A stretch of DNA of 20,523 bases from Candidatus Krumholzibacteriota bacterium (GCA_963806035.1 CAWDWO010000003.1:1-20523); one strand, 5' to 3'; counted from the first letter of the stretch, positions 1-12,029 are shown. Made by a program: numbers and translations. The notes: generated from the letters alone by a model not told the origin.

Positions 1-191
1 TTCCTTCGCCCTTCCCGGTGGGGGAAGTGCGAGAATTTGCACCAAGCGAGATCGCTACGCAGACGGCCGTGAGTTCGTGGGCAAGGGCGTGCAGCCCGAC
101 ATCGAAGTCGGCCAGACCCTGCAGGCCATTCGCTTGGGGGCAGGACCTCGTCCTACAGCGCGCGCTGGAGTGGATCCAGCAGCAGAAATAG
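1..191 (+). CDS. 3' end of an S41-family (C-terminal processing/tricorn-like) peptidase; partial, one frameshift
   Basis: Frame from base 2 reads SFALPGGGSARICTKRDRYADGREFVGKGVQPDIEV. This matches the S41 peptidase C-terminal pattern LPxG...G.GV.PDI.V. After a slip in the G5 run at 136-140 it continues QDLVLQRALEWIQQQK to TAG 189-191, the usual 'D.VL..AL' ending. Not in the ORF track as such. Confidence 0.8.
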   Translation, partial: PSPFPVGEVREFAPSEIATQTAVSSWARACSPTSKSARPCRPFAWGQDLVLQRALEWIQQQK

Positions 192-203
192 GAAGGAAGA
201 GGG

Positions 204-231
204 AGCGGGGCGCTTCGTCTGCGCCCCCGCT
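204..231. terminator. GC-rich hairpin between convergent genes (putative bidirectional terminator)
   Basis: AGCGGGGCGC-ttcgtct-GCGCCCCCGCT forms a ~10-bp stem with one extra C. It lies between stop 191 (+) and stop 231-233 (-). No strong U-tract. Confidence 0.5.
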
Positions 232-873
232 TACTTTGGGCTCTCGTCGCTCTCTTCCACCGGAAGCGGCGGCAATCCCACGGTGGCTCGCCACTCCACC
301 AGCAGGGCGCGCGTTCTCTCGGCGCGGTCCTCGTCGGATCGATCTTGCCCTCGGGCCTAAGGTAGTGCCACTCGTCGGGATAGGTTTCCTTTGCCCACTT
401 CTCGAACTCCTCTTCGCGGCTCTGCTTGACGGAGAGGGCTCGCCGGGGTGAGCGTCGGAGATCAGGTAGCCCTCGATGAGACCCTTATCGTTGAAGTAAT
501 AGGTGATGCGATAGCTCGGCGTGTCCTTGCGCTCGAGGAGACGATAGTAGTCGTTGATCTCGCTCGCGATGGCCCACACCGTGTTGCCTTCGACTCTCCA
601 GGGTCCATGCTCTCCGTGGGAATTGAACTCCTCGTCCCAGTGATGATAGGGGCCGAAGCCCAACTTCGTCGGCTCACCTTCGCCTTCCTTTGCGTCGAAC
701 CACACCCTCGGGTCGTCCGTCAGATAGCGCTGAGCCTCCTCGATCTTGCCCGCCTTCCGCGCCGCGCGAAACGCTTCGACTTTGTCGATGAGCTTGGACT
801 GTGGGCTGCACGCGCTGAGGGCGAAAAGGAGAATCACGGCGCTCAGGAAACTCAACGGTCGTGAGGGTCGCAT
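231..873 (-). CDS. Lipoprotein of unknown function, possibly NTF2/SnoaL-like fold; two apparent frameshifts near 3' end
   Basis: ATG 873 (or GTG 882) with a GGAGG-rich SD upstream. Signal peptide with lipobox (…VILLFALSA-C). After shifts near 420 and 330 it reads REEEFEKWAKETYPDEWHYLRPEGKIDPT…DRAERTRALLVEWRATVGLPPLPVEESDESPK* with TAA at 231-233. The ORF-track tail to 55 is out of frame. The fold call is inference from the helix + 'YLTDD..V' + 'YYFNDKGLI' pattern. Confidence 0.65.
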
Positions 874-905
874 CGTCCTCACCCCCCTCCCCCCCCGAAA
901 CTTCC

Positions 906-1736
906 CTAGCGCATGAAGGTGACCCTTTGGGTCACCTCGCCCTGCGCTGAGCGGAGCCGGATCAAGTAGAGTCCATTAGCGACCTGAGCCCCTGACCTGT
1001 CGCGGCCATCCCAACGCACGACGGTACGCGCATGGTCGGTGAAACGGTCGAAGAGCCGCGCCACGCGGCGTCCTTTGAGATCGTAGACATCCAGGGTGGC
1101 ACGACTCGCCAGGGGCAGGTCGAAGCGAATCAGACTCCCGTGTCAGTCGGATTCGGCAGTGGCGGCAACAGAGTGAGATTCTCCGAAGGGCCGGGCGGCA
1201 AGACTGCGCAACTACGTCGGCCCAATCGTCCGTGGTTTCGATGTGGTTGACTTCATCAGTCCACCTGATCCTCCGGAAGACGAAGCCCCACTGCTCAACG
1301 ACCGAGCAATACCAACCTCCGTACTCTGATCGTAGCTGACGATGGAAGCGTCGACGAGTTCCGCCGAATAGTAGTGTATATCCTGTCCTTGGCCACCGGT
1401 CGTATAAAAGTGCAGTAGCACCTGAGCCAGGCGCTCGTTCGTGAGGAAGGCTTGATTCATACGAACGCTCGCCACGTCGAAGGACTTGCTGATCATGATC
1501 GGTGAATACTGCCTTCTCCCGGTAGGTTGTCCGCTGGCAGGATCAGTGGGCGTGTCGACACTACTGCTGAATCCCATGGCCCCGATGTTGCCTTCTTCAC
1601 CGGGCAAAGTGAGATCTCCATCGATCGTACCCTGCGTCTGACCTTCAATGTGAATGGCGATGATGGCGAAGGCGGGAGTGGATGTGAGTATGACGATCAG
1701 GCAGAGTGAAGTGCAAAGGGCGTGTAGGCGCTTCAC
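906..1736 (-). CDS. hcp: Signal peptide + Hcp (T6SS tube/TssD) domain + C-terminal T9SS type A/FlgD-Ig-like sorting domain; three apparent 1-nt deletions
   Basis: GTG 1736 with SD AAGGAGGT. Signal peptide MKRLHALCTSLCLIVILTSTPAFA. Hcp motifs IEGQTQG, PTDPASGQPTGRRQYSP, NERLAQVLLHFY, YYSAELVDASI. After a shift at ~1305 it reads VVEQWGFVFRRIRWTDEVNHIETTDDW (Hcp C-terminus). After ~1207 it reads AVLPPGPSENLTLLPPLPNPT. After ~1133 it reads LIRFDLPLASRATLDVYDLKGRRVARLFDRFTDHARTVVRWDGRDRSGAQVANGLYLIRLRSAQGEVTQRVTFMR* (TAG 906-908). Confidence 0.85.
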
Positions 1737-1741
1737 GGTGT

Positions 1742-1749
1742 ACCTCCTT
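1742..1749 (-). promoter_or_regulatory. Shine-Dalgarno site of the hcp fusion gene
   Basis: Minus strand reads AAGGAGGT, 5 nt upstream of GTG 1736, confirming the signal-peptide start. Confidence 0.85.
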
Positions 1750-1917
1750 GAATTGTGTGGTTACTCTTGGGGGACCCTGGAGTTTGCACAGCATACCCGA
1801 TTCCGGGGAAAAGGGGGAAGAGGTCTCTAAGAAAATCAGATCTTGAACCCCGATCCGTCACCACCCTATCTTTTCGGCGCAGGGCCAGCTTCTAGCTCAA
1901 TCATCGGGGTCAGCAGA

Positions 1918-2835
1918 ATGTCAAAGATGGTCGCTCTTCTTGTTCTCCTGCTCCTGGCAATTCCCCAGCTCGCTTTCGCGGACGAGCCCCAGTCCTACTG
2001 GCTCAACTCGGGTCTCAACAATCGGGATCTGACGATCCGCCCACGGGCGACTTGCTGTTCACCACCATCATGACTCCGGACAACCGCTTCTCGGTGATCA
2101 TGATGAGTCACAAGGAGGGAGGGAAATGGCAGCAGCTCGAAGTTGCGCCCTTTTCCGGCGAGTTCGCCGACCTCGAGCCGATGTTCGATCCCAGCGGCAA
2201 GAAGCTGTTCTTCTCATCCAAGCGACCGCGGCCCGATCGGGCGGGCGAAGACTGGGACATCTGGGTCACGACGCGAGAGAAGGATGGATGGAGCGAGCCC
2301 GAAAATCTGGGAGCTCCGGTCAACAGTACCGGCAACGAGTTCTATCCCTCCATCGCGAGCAACGGGAATCTCTACTTCACCACCCAGCGAGAAGGAGGGG
2401 TAAGGGCGGAGGACATCTACCGCGCCATGCATGAAGACGGCAAGTACCTCGCGTGCGTACCGCTGGGGCAAGGCGTGAACAGCAAGCTCTACGAGTTCAA
2501 TGCCTTCGTCACTCCGGACGAGAGCGCCATCATCTTCAGCTCTCAGGGACGCGAGGGCGAATTCGGCGGGGGAGATCTCTACATCAGCCGCCGCGGTAGC
2601 ACCGGGGAATTCGGGCCGGCGGAGTTGCTCCCCGAAGGCATCAACTCGACGAGTCTCGACTACTGTCCCTTCCTATGGCACGGCATGCTGTACTTCACAT
2701 CGGCGCTCCCACGCATGGGGACTCATCGAGAGTTATCATCAATTGGAAAAGGAGATCCAGGCCCCCGGGAACGGTCTGGGGGACATCTACTCCGTGCCCT
2801 TCGTCCCTGCCGAGGAATCCAGCGCCAAGCCCTGA
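1918..2835 (+). CDS. Secreted PD40/WD40-like (TolB-family) beta-propeller protein; frameshifted
   Basis: Signal peptide MSKMVALLVLLLLAIPQLAFA from ATG 1918. After a shift at ~2040 there are PD40-type repeats (EPMFDPSGKKLFFSSKRP, WSEPENLGAPVNSTGNEFYPSIASNGNLYFT, AFVTPDESAIIFSS…GGGDLYIS, INSTSLDYCP). After a shift at ~2700-2725 it ends PGNGLGDIYSVPF…KP* at 2835. Confidence 0.85.
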
Positions 2836-2839
2836 GGGC

Positions 2840-3756
2840 TCAGGTGACCAAAAAGAGCATGGCAACCCCGGCCACCGCGACGATCGTTCCCAACACGGCC
2901 TGGTAGCCGATCGACTCCTTGAAGAAGAAGCGACCGATGGGGAGCAGGAAGACCGGCGGTAGCGCCATCAGGGTGCTGGCGACCCCCACCTCCGTTTTCT
3001 GTACCGCGATCAGGGACAGCCACACGCCGATGTCGGGTCCAGTGCGTGCCTACCAGAAAGAGCGGAAGCATGGCCCTATGGTCAGCTCGCAAGCGGCGCA
3101 GGGGCTCGCCGGCCTGTAGCATGGCCACCGCCAAAATCCAGGTCACGCTGGCGGCGGTGAGCATGCGGATCACGTTGCCCGAGAGCGCGTTGAAGTCCCC
3201 TTCCAAACCGCGCTTGGCCAGAACGAGCCCGATGGCCTGTCCCGCGGCCGCGCCCAGCCCGAAGAGGATGCCCTTCACGTAGTGCGACTCTTCGCTCTCG
3301 GGAAGGCGAGGCCGCCGGCGATCCAGAATGACCAGGGCCACCCCGAAGAGAGTCGCCCGGGATTGGCCAGCCACTGCAGCGGAAGCAGGCTCTCGCCGAG
3401 AAAGAAGCGCGCCACGAGGGCGGCGATGATGGGCGCCAGACTCATCATGAGCATGCCCAGGCGCGGTCCCACCCAGACGAAGGCCTGGAACAAGAGGGCG
3501 TCGCCCACCACCAATCCGATCACGCCGAGTGCCCAGCCAGAACCAATGCGAAGCATGAGCGGCGGTGGGAATCGGGCTGCCGCGCAAAATCCAGTGGGTG
3601 AGGGTTAGAAAAAACGACCGCCAACAAGAGGCGCGTGCGGTTGACGGTGACCGAGCCCACGCGGCGCGAGGCAACGGCGAAGAAGCTCGCCGTGGTGGTC
3701 CAGCAAAAGGATGTGCCGAGGGCGGCGATTTCGCCCAAGTACGCGAGTCCGAACAC
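2840..3756 (-). CDS. DMT/EamA family inner-membrane transporter; several frameshifts
   Basis: GTG 3756 with GGAGG at 3761-3765. Hydrophobic segments in successive frames: YLGEIAALGTSFCW…VNRTRL; GVIGLVVGDALLFQAFVWVGPRLGMLMMSLAP; GILFGLGAAAGQAIGLVLAK; LSLIAVQKTEVGVASTLMALPPVFLLP…AMLFLVT* (2840). This is the two-repeat EamA layout. Confidence 0.88.
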
Positions 3757-3769
3757 TGAGCCTCCAGAG

Positions 3770-5006
3770 CTACCACGTGGCCCGAATGAGCGATGGCCAC
3801 TTCCTCTCAGCCGGACCCAAGAGTAGCACGCAGTCTGTCGCGGCGATATCGGTTCCTCCCAGGAGTTTGCCGCGCAGAGTGAGTCGCTGGACCGTGTTGA
3901 ACTCGCGATCACGCAGGACGCTCAGTACGTCCTGGGTTCGAAAGTAGAGCAGGACATCCTGGTAGCCATCCCTTTCCCGGGATCCGCCCGAACGTGATTC
4001 CGTGATCTCAGACTTGTGAGCCGAGGTCGGAGAGCTTGTAGCGAAACGGTGCCGCGTTCTCCAGCCGCAGAGTGCTCAGCGTGATGCGGGACACGTCCGC
4101 GTCGGCACTGCCCAGAAGAGCGACCTTGAGCACGCCCTTGGAGGCCAGGTTGAGCGTATTCGGACCGGCATTAGGCTCGATGTCGAGGACGAAGGTCCCG
4201 GGATAGCCAAAGCTGAAATCATCGATGACGAACCACGATTTCGCCTCGCAGCGTACCGCGTCCACGGGAGTTCGCGAGTTGATGGAAATCGTGAAGCGAG
4301 TTCTGCTCCCTTGCACATACCGATAGGAATTGTCACAAATGCCGAGGATCGGAGTGGGAATCGCACTCGTAATCCCCACCCGTTCTCCTTTGTAATAGAG
4401 AGAAATGAACACTCTGAAATTGGCGATGGTTTGGAACGTGACCGAAAAGTTCGTCCCCGTCGGAAGGGGCTTCGGTAGAATCGCCCATACCGGACCGGAG
4501 GGATCACATCCCAGCAACTGATTGTCGCCGCCCTTGGGGATACAGGGGAGAATCTCTGAATTGCGCTGCAAAAAGAGCTCATAGTGCGCGTTGGAAACCT
4601 CGAAGATCACTCCGGTCATGGAATCCATGTAGGGGTCGAAGGAGGTGCTCTCCTGCACTCGCGGAGTTTCAAAATCGATGAATCCCGTGGCGCACGAACA
4701 GGCGGGGCTCGTACTGAATTCGTGACGCGCACGCACCCGCTGCAGCAGCTCTTCGTAACGCGGCGGGGTGGCAGCCTCCAGTCCGTCATCGCCCTGCCAC
4801 TGCTGCATCAGCGAGAGCGCATCGGGCGAAGTCTGTGGGACACCGCTCGCGATTTCGGGTGGGGCAGCGGGGCTCGTCGGATCCTGGCCTTCACATCCCG
4901 GCAACACGCTCATCCCGATCAGGATCAACAAGCAGGCGGCAATCAGTGTGAGCTGAGGGGATCGGGGAGCGCGAACTTGCGTAGGGGGATCCGCATGCAT
5001 GGGCAC
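3770..5006 (-). CDS. Hypothetical exported lipoprotein with Cys-rich middle and a conserved C-terminal module; one frameshift near 4015
   Basis: Hydrophobic stretch with lipobox-like LIGMSVLPG-C. ORF 4008-5006 has the motif DIEPNAGPNTLNLASKGVLKVALLGSADADV. The adjacent frame continues …RDGYQDVLLYFRTQDVLSVL…LTLRGKLLGGTDIAATDCVLLLG…ATW* (TAG 3770-3772), ending just before the SD of the EamA gene. Confidence 0.65.
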
Positions 5007-5165
5007 TCGCTTTCAGTTGCAGTCAGTGTATGGCTGGAAAACCCTGGTGAAATGGGGTTTCAGTCCTGTTCAGTGTAGCACGGCGCGGCAGTCCGACTCA
5101 ATCGAGTGCGGGGTCGGTGCGCGGATTGATCCGTCAAGCATCGATCCTGAAAGCTCCGAGGAGTC

Positions 5166-7228
5166 TCAACTCTCTCCCAGGATTTCCCGCGCCATCTCCA
5201 CGACCCGCTCCGGCGTAAAGCCGTAGTGCTCATTGAGATCCTTCAGTGGAGCGGAGGCGCCGAAGGTGGTCATCCCCAGCACGCGCCCCTTGCTTCCCAC
5301 GTAGCGCTCCCAGCCGAAGGGCGAGGCCTGCTCGATCGCGAGGCGGGCGCTGACCTGTGGAGGAAGCACCTCATCGCGGTACTCGCGGGATTGCTCCTCG
5401 AAGACCTCCCAGGATGGCATCGAAACCACCCGCGCGCGGACGCCTTCGGCGCACAGTTTCTCATGTGCCTCACAGGCCAGCGCAACCTCGCTGCCGGTGG
5501 CGATGAGAAGGAGTTCCGGCTTTCCATCCGGCGCATCAGCCAGGACGTAGGCTCCTCGCGCTACCCCCTTGGCCGAGGCGTAGCGCTTCCGATCGAGGAT
5601 GGGGAGTTTCTGGCGCGAGAGGACCATGAGCACCGGGCCCTTCTTGCGCGGCATTGCATGACGATAGGCTTCCACCACTTCGTTGGCGTCGGCGGGACGG
5701 AAAACCGTCACATTGGGCATCGCGCGCAGCGAAGCCAGCTGTTCCACCGGCTGGTGCGTGGGACCGTCCTCGCCGTCGCCCATCGCGTCGTGCGTGAAGA
5801 CGAAGAGGGTGTTCAGTTCCATGATGGCCGAGAGACGGATCGCTGCCCGCGCATAGTCGCTGAAGACGAAGAAGGTGGCGCCAAAGGGCCGCAGCTTGCT
5901 CAACGACATTCCATTGACGATGGCCTCCATCGCGTGTTCGCGCACTCCGAAGTGGATGTTCCTGCCATCGCGGGTATCGGGCTGAAAGTCGCCGGTTTCG
6001 TCACCCTCGAGCACGACCTTGTTGGACGAAGCCAAATCCGCCGAGCCACCCAAGAGCCAGGGGATGTTCTGGGCGAGGACGTTCAGCACCTTGCCCGAGG
6101 CCTCGCGTCCCGCCATTGGCCCGTCCGAGTCGCCGGAGAAAACCGGCAAGTTCTCATCCCATCCGGAGGGCAGTTCGCCTCGCTGCATCAGGTCGATCTC
6201 GGCTGCGAGTTCGGGAAAGCGCGAGCGATACTCGTGGAAGAGTTCCTTCCACTCCTTGTGCAGCTGGGGCCCGCGCTTGCCGATTCCCTCGGCAAAGTGG
6301 TAGCGCACCCCTTCGGGAACGAGAAACTTCTCGTCCTCGGGCCAACCGTAGCCGCGCTTGGTGAGCTTGACCTCTTCCTCTCCCAGTGGTGCACCGTGGG
6401 CTGCCGCGGTGTCCTGCTTGTGAGGTGCCCCGTATCCGATGTGGCTGTGGAGGATGATGAGGGTGGGCCGGTCATCGGTCTCACCGAATTCATGGAAGGC
6501 CTGATCGATGTTCTTTAGATCGTTGGCGTCCTCGACCTCGAGCACCTTCCAACCGTAGGCCTCGAAGCGTTGGCCCACGTCTTCGGTGAAGGTGATGTTC
6601 GTGTTTCCGTCGATGCTGATGTGATTGCTGTCGTAGACCCAGCACAGATTGCTCGAGAGAGATGCCCGGCGAGCGAAGCGGCCTCCGACCCGATCCCCTC
6701 CATGAGACAGCCATCGCCGGCAATGGCATAGATGGAGTACTCGAAAATGGGGAAGCCGGGCCGGTCGTAACGCTGTGAGAGCCACTTCTGCGCGATGGCC
6801 ATGCCGACGCTGTTGGCGATGCCCTGACCCAAAGGACCGGTCGTCGTCTCGACGCCGGAGGTGAGGGGGTACTCGGGGTGTCCAGTCGCCTTGCTTCCCC
6901 ACTGCCGGAAGCGCTGGATGTCCTCGAGTTTGACGGAGAGTTCGCCGAGCGTTTCACCCTTCTCATCGACCTCCCGGACTCCGCTCAGATTGAGCAAGGA
7001 CCACAGGAGCATGGAAGCGTGACCGTTGCTCAGAACGAAGCGGTCGCGCGCAGGCCAGTTGGGATCTTCAGGATCGAAATGGAGGAAGCGGTTCCAGAGC
7101 ACGTAGCCCAAAGGAGCGAGTCCCATGGGCGCCCCTGGGTGTCCGGAATCGGCGCGCTGCACGGCGTCCATGGCGAGAGTGCGAATCGTATTGATGCACA
7201 GCAGGTCGAGTTCTTGAGTCGAAGCCAT
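5166..7228 (-). CDS. tkt: Transketolase; frameshift near 6660
   Basis: [71 protein letters not shown], then [41 protein letters not shown]. Confidence 0.97.
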
Positions 7229-7239
7229 GATTTCCTCTC

Positions 7240-7941
7240 TCATTCGTTCAAATCGAGTTTCGAAGCCGCCGCCTCGTCGCTGAGCAATACAGCATTCGCG
7301 CTGCGCACGCATCCGGCCGGCATCGAGCGGTCGCGCGCACTGAGCCGTGGCACGACTTCGGCCTTTTCCCTACCCGTGACCACCCAGAGAATCGAGCGGG
7401 CGCGATTCAACACGGGGTAGGTGAGGGTCATGCGCCGCAGGCCGTCGTAGGGACCGGTCGTTGCGACGTCGCAGTCGGCAAGGTCGAGCACGGGATCGCC
7501 GGGAACGAGGGAGGCGGTGTGGCCGTCTACGCCCAATCCGAGATGAACCAGGTCGAGCACGGCGGGGGACCCGGCGAATTTCTCCAGTTCTCGCGCGTAG
7601 CGCGCCGCGGCATCATCGAGCTTCGCCTCTTCCACCGGCATGGTGTGCAGGTTTCCCTCGGGAAGCGGCACGTGCTCCAGGAGATGCTTCTGCAGTTGCG
7701 TTAGATTTCTCCGCGGATCGCCGGCCGGGGCGAGGCGCTCGTCCACCTGATAGAGATGGATGACCTTCCAGGGCAGATCCTTTTCGGTCAACTCGTGCAG
7801 CATCAAGGAAGGCGTGTGTCCACCGCTCACGGCCAAGGTGAATCGCCCGCGTGCGGCCACCGCGGCCCGGGCGGTTTCGACGAGGACCTCGGCCGCGCGC
7901 TTCGCGACCGCCTCGGGATCTGGCAGGACTTCGGTCCTCAT
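7240..7941 (-). CDS. pgl: 6-phosphogluconolactonase
   Basis: ATG 7941 with SD GGAGGAG. Motifs [43 protein letters not shown]. Lies directly downstream of zwf. Confidence 0.95.
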   Translation of the reverse strand: MRTEVLPDPEAVAKRAAEVLVETARAAVAARGRFTLAVSGGHTPSLMLHELTEKDLPWKVIHLYQVDERLAPAGDPRRNLTQLQKHLLEHVPLPEGNLHTMPVEEAKLDDAAARYARELEKFAGSPAVLDLVHLGLGVDGHTASLVPGDPVLDLADCDVATTGPYDGLRRMTLTYPVLNRARSILWVVTGREKAEVVPRLSARDRSMPAGCVRSANAVLLSDEAAASKLDLNE

Positions 7942-9344
7942 TTCTCCTCCGCGGACTTGCCCTCTTCTTCCTTCGCGGACTCTTCGGGGTCCTTCGCCAA
8001 GAACCAACCGCCGGGCACGATTCTCTGAGCTTCGCGCGGTCCCCAGGATCCGGGTTCATATTCGTGCAAGTCGAGATCATTCTTGAGCACGGGGTCCACG
8101 ATGCGCCAGGCCTCCTCCACGTAATCCTGGCGGGCGAATCGAAAGGTCTCGCCCACCATCGCGTCGCCAAGAGCTCGGCGTAGGGATCGGCTCCCCCCCT
8201 GCTCGTGGCTGGCGATGAGCTCCAGATCTTCACCGCCGACTGCCCCGAGTCCTTACGCACGCTCGCCCCGAGGGCGATGGTGAATTCCGGGCCCAGGCGG
8301 AAGCGAACGTGGTTCGGTATCGGCACAAGGCCGTGCACGACGGAGGAGGCCGCGCAGCACGAACGTCACCTCAGTGCGTGTCATGGAAGGTTCTTGCCCG
8401 CCCGAATGAAGAATGGCACCCCCTGCCAGCGCCACGAGTTCATCTCGAGGCGCAGCGCGGCGAAGGTCTCGGTGCGCGAGTCGGGCGCCACGCCGGCCTC
8501 GATCGATAGCCGCGGAACTGGCCGCGCACCACGCTCCGGGGGTGAGCGCCGGGATGGCCTTGAGCACCTTCACCTTCTCGTCGCGTAGCGTCTCGGTGTC
8601 CTCGCTGTCCGGGGGCGGCTCCATGGCCACATTGGAGAGCACCTGAAGAATGTGGTTCTGGACCACGTCGCGAATCGTCCCGGCCTTGTCGTAGAAGGCT
8701 CCGCGGCCATGGATGCCGAAGTCTTCGGCCAGGGTGATCTGGACGTTCTCGACGTAGCGCCGGTTCCAGATCGGCTCGAGGAAGGTGTTGGCGAAGCGGA
8801 AGAAGACCAGATTCTGGACGGCGGACTTTCCGAGGTAGTGGTCGATGCGGAAGATGGCGCGCTCGTCGAAGTTGCGGTGCAGGATGGCGTTCAACTCGCC
8901 GAGCGGAGGCGAGGTCGTTGCCAAACGGCTTCTCGAGGACGAGCCGGACGCCCGCGCCGCGCCCGTCGTCGCGATGTGCGTGACCACGGACTCGAACAAG
9001 CCCTGGGGAATCGCCAGGTAGTGCACCGGGCGCTTGGCCTCGCCGAGCGTCCCTCGCAGCGCTTCGAAGGTCGAGGCGTCCGAGTAGTCGCCCTCCACGT
9101 AGCGGAGCTGACGCATCAGCTTAGGGAATGCCACAGGGTCGACGCCGCCGCCGTGTTGCTCCACGCTCTCGCGTGCCCGCGCCTGGAGGCGCTCGAGGCT
9201 CCAGCCCTCTCTCGCAACGCCGATGACCGGCACGTCGAGCACGCCGCGCCTGACCATGCACTGGAGCGCCGGAAAGACCTTCTTGAAGGCGAGGTCTCCG
9301 GTGGCCCCGTAGAAGACCAAGGCGTCGGCCGCTTCTCGGCTCAC
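7938..9344 (-). CDS. zwf: Glucose-6-phosphate 1-dehydrogenase; multiple frameshifts
   Basis: GTG 9344 overlaps the gnd stop (GTGA). Motifs [55 protein letters not shown], and C-terminal [16 protein letters not shown]…YEPGSWGP. Confidence 0.95.
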
Positions 9345-10358
9345 GACTTCTTCTCCTCGTGGCCGCCGAAGGCGTAGCGCATCGCTGAAAGGACTCGGTC
9401 GGCGTAGTCGGCGTTTCCCCGCGAAGAGAAGCGCTCGTAGAGCGCCGTGGTCGAGCACCGGCGCGGCACGCCCTCGTCGATGGAGGCCTTGATGGTCCAG
9501 CGTCCCTCGCCAGAGTCGGAGACGCGCCCAGCGAACGACTTCAGGCTCCGGGTCCTTGGCCAGCGCGCCGGCAGTCAGGTCGAGGAGCCAGGAGCCGATG
9601 ACGCTGCCGCGCCGCCACAGCTCGGCCACCTCGGCGAGATCGAATTCGTACTGGTAGTGCTCGGGGTCGCGCAGCGGCGTGGTCTCGGCGTCGGGTCCTG
9701 GCGAGTTTGCCGATGGAGGCACCGCGCAGGACATTCAGCCCCTCGGCGTAGGCCGCCATGAGCCCGTACTCGATGCCGTTGTGGACCATCTTCACGAAGT
9801 GGCCGCCGCCGGCCGGGCCGCAGTGGAGATAGCCCAGCTCGGCGGTCCCCTTGCCCGGGGCGCGCCCAGGCGTTGGCGGAGGCCGATCGCCGGATCGGGA
9901 GCCAGAGCGGCGAAGATCGGGTCGAGCTGGCGCACCACCTCGGGCTCGCCGCCGATCATCTGGCAGTAGCCGCGCTCGAACCCCCACACGCCGCCACTGG
10001 TGCCCACGTCCACATAGTGGATGCCCTTCGCCTTCGAGCTCCTTCGCCCGCCGGATGTCGTCGATGTAGTAGGAGTTGCCGCCATCGATCAGGATGTCGC
10101 CCTTGGTCGAGAAGCGGACGAGTGTCGGCGATGGTCTGATCCACCACTGCCGCGGGCACCATCATCCAGATCGCGCGTGGTTTCTCGAGCTTCTTCGTGA
10201 GTTCGGCGAGCGAGGACGCGCCCACCGCCTTGTCCTTGACCAGTCGATTCGACGGCCTTCTTCGATACATCGAAGACCACGCATTCGTGTCCGGCGCCGA
10301 TCAGCCGCCGCACCATGTTGGCGCCCATGCGCCCGAGCCCGACCATCCCGATTTGCAT
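9341..10358 (-). CDS. gnd: Decarboxylating 6-phosphogluconate dehydrogenase, short YqeC/GntZ type; multiple frameshifts
   Basis: [73 protein letters not shown], ending [16 protein letters not shown] (TGA 9341-9343). Confidence 0.93.
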
Positions 10359-10380
10359 CGTGTTTCTCCTCGAACGTTTG

Positions 10381-12029
<1,649 letters not shown>

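Noticed and set aside
1212..1305. Ser/Gly-rich tail (SSGASSSGGSGG) on Hcp in the ORF track
   Set aside because: Out-of-frame reading; the adjacent frame gives the true Hcp C-terminus (FRRIRWTD…DDW).
906..1736. A canonical T6SS locus
   Set aside because: Only an Hcp domain is present, it has a signal peptide, and no sheath, spike or baseplate genes are in the window.
5007..5165. Possible ncRNA or terminator in the tkt-lipoprotein intergenic region
   Set aside because: Only short imperfect inverted repeats (e.g. CGGATTGATCCG); no U-tract or recognisable RNA family.
5226..6518. 430-aa plus-strand ORF
   Set aside because: Antisense shadow of tkt, expected from high-GC codon bias; no recognisable motifs.
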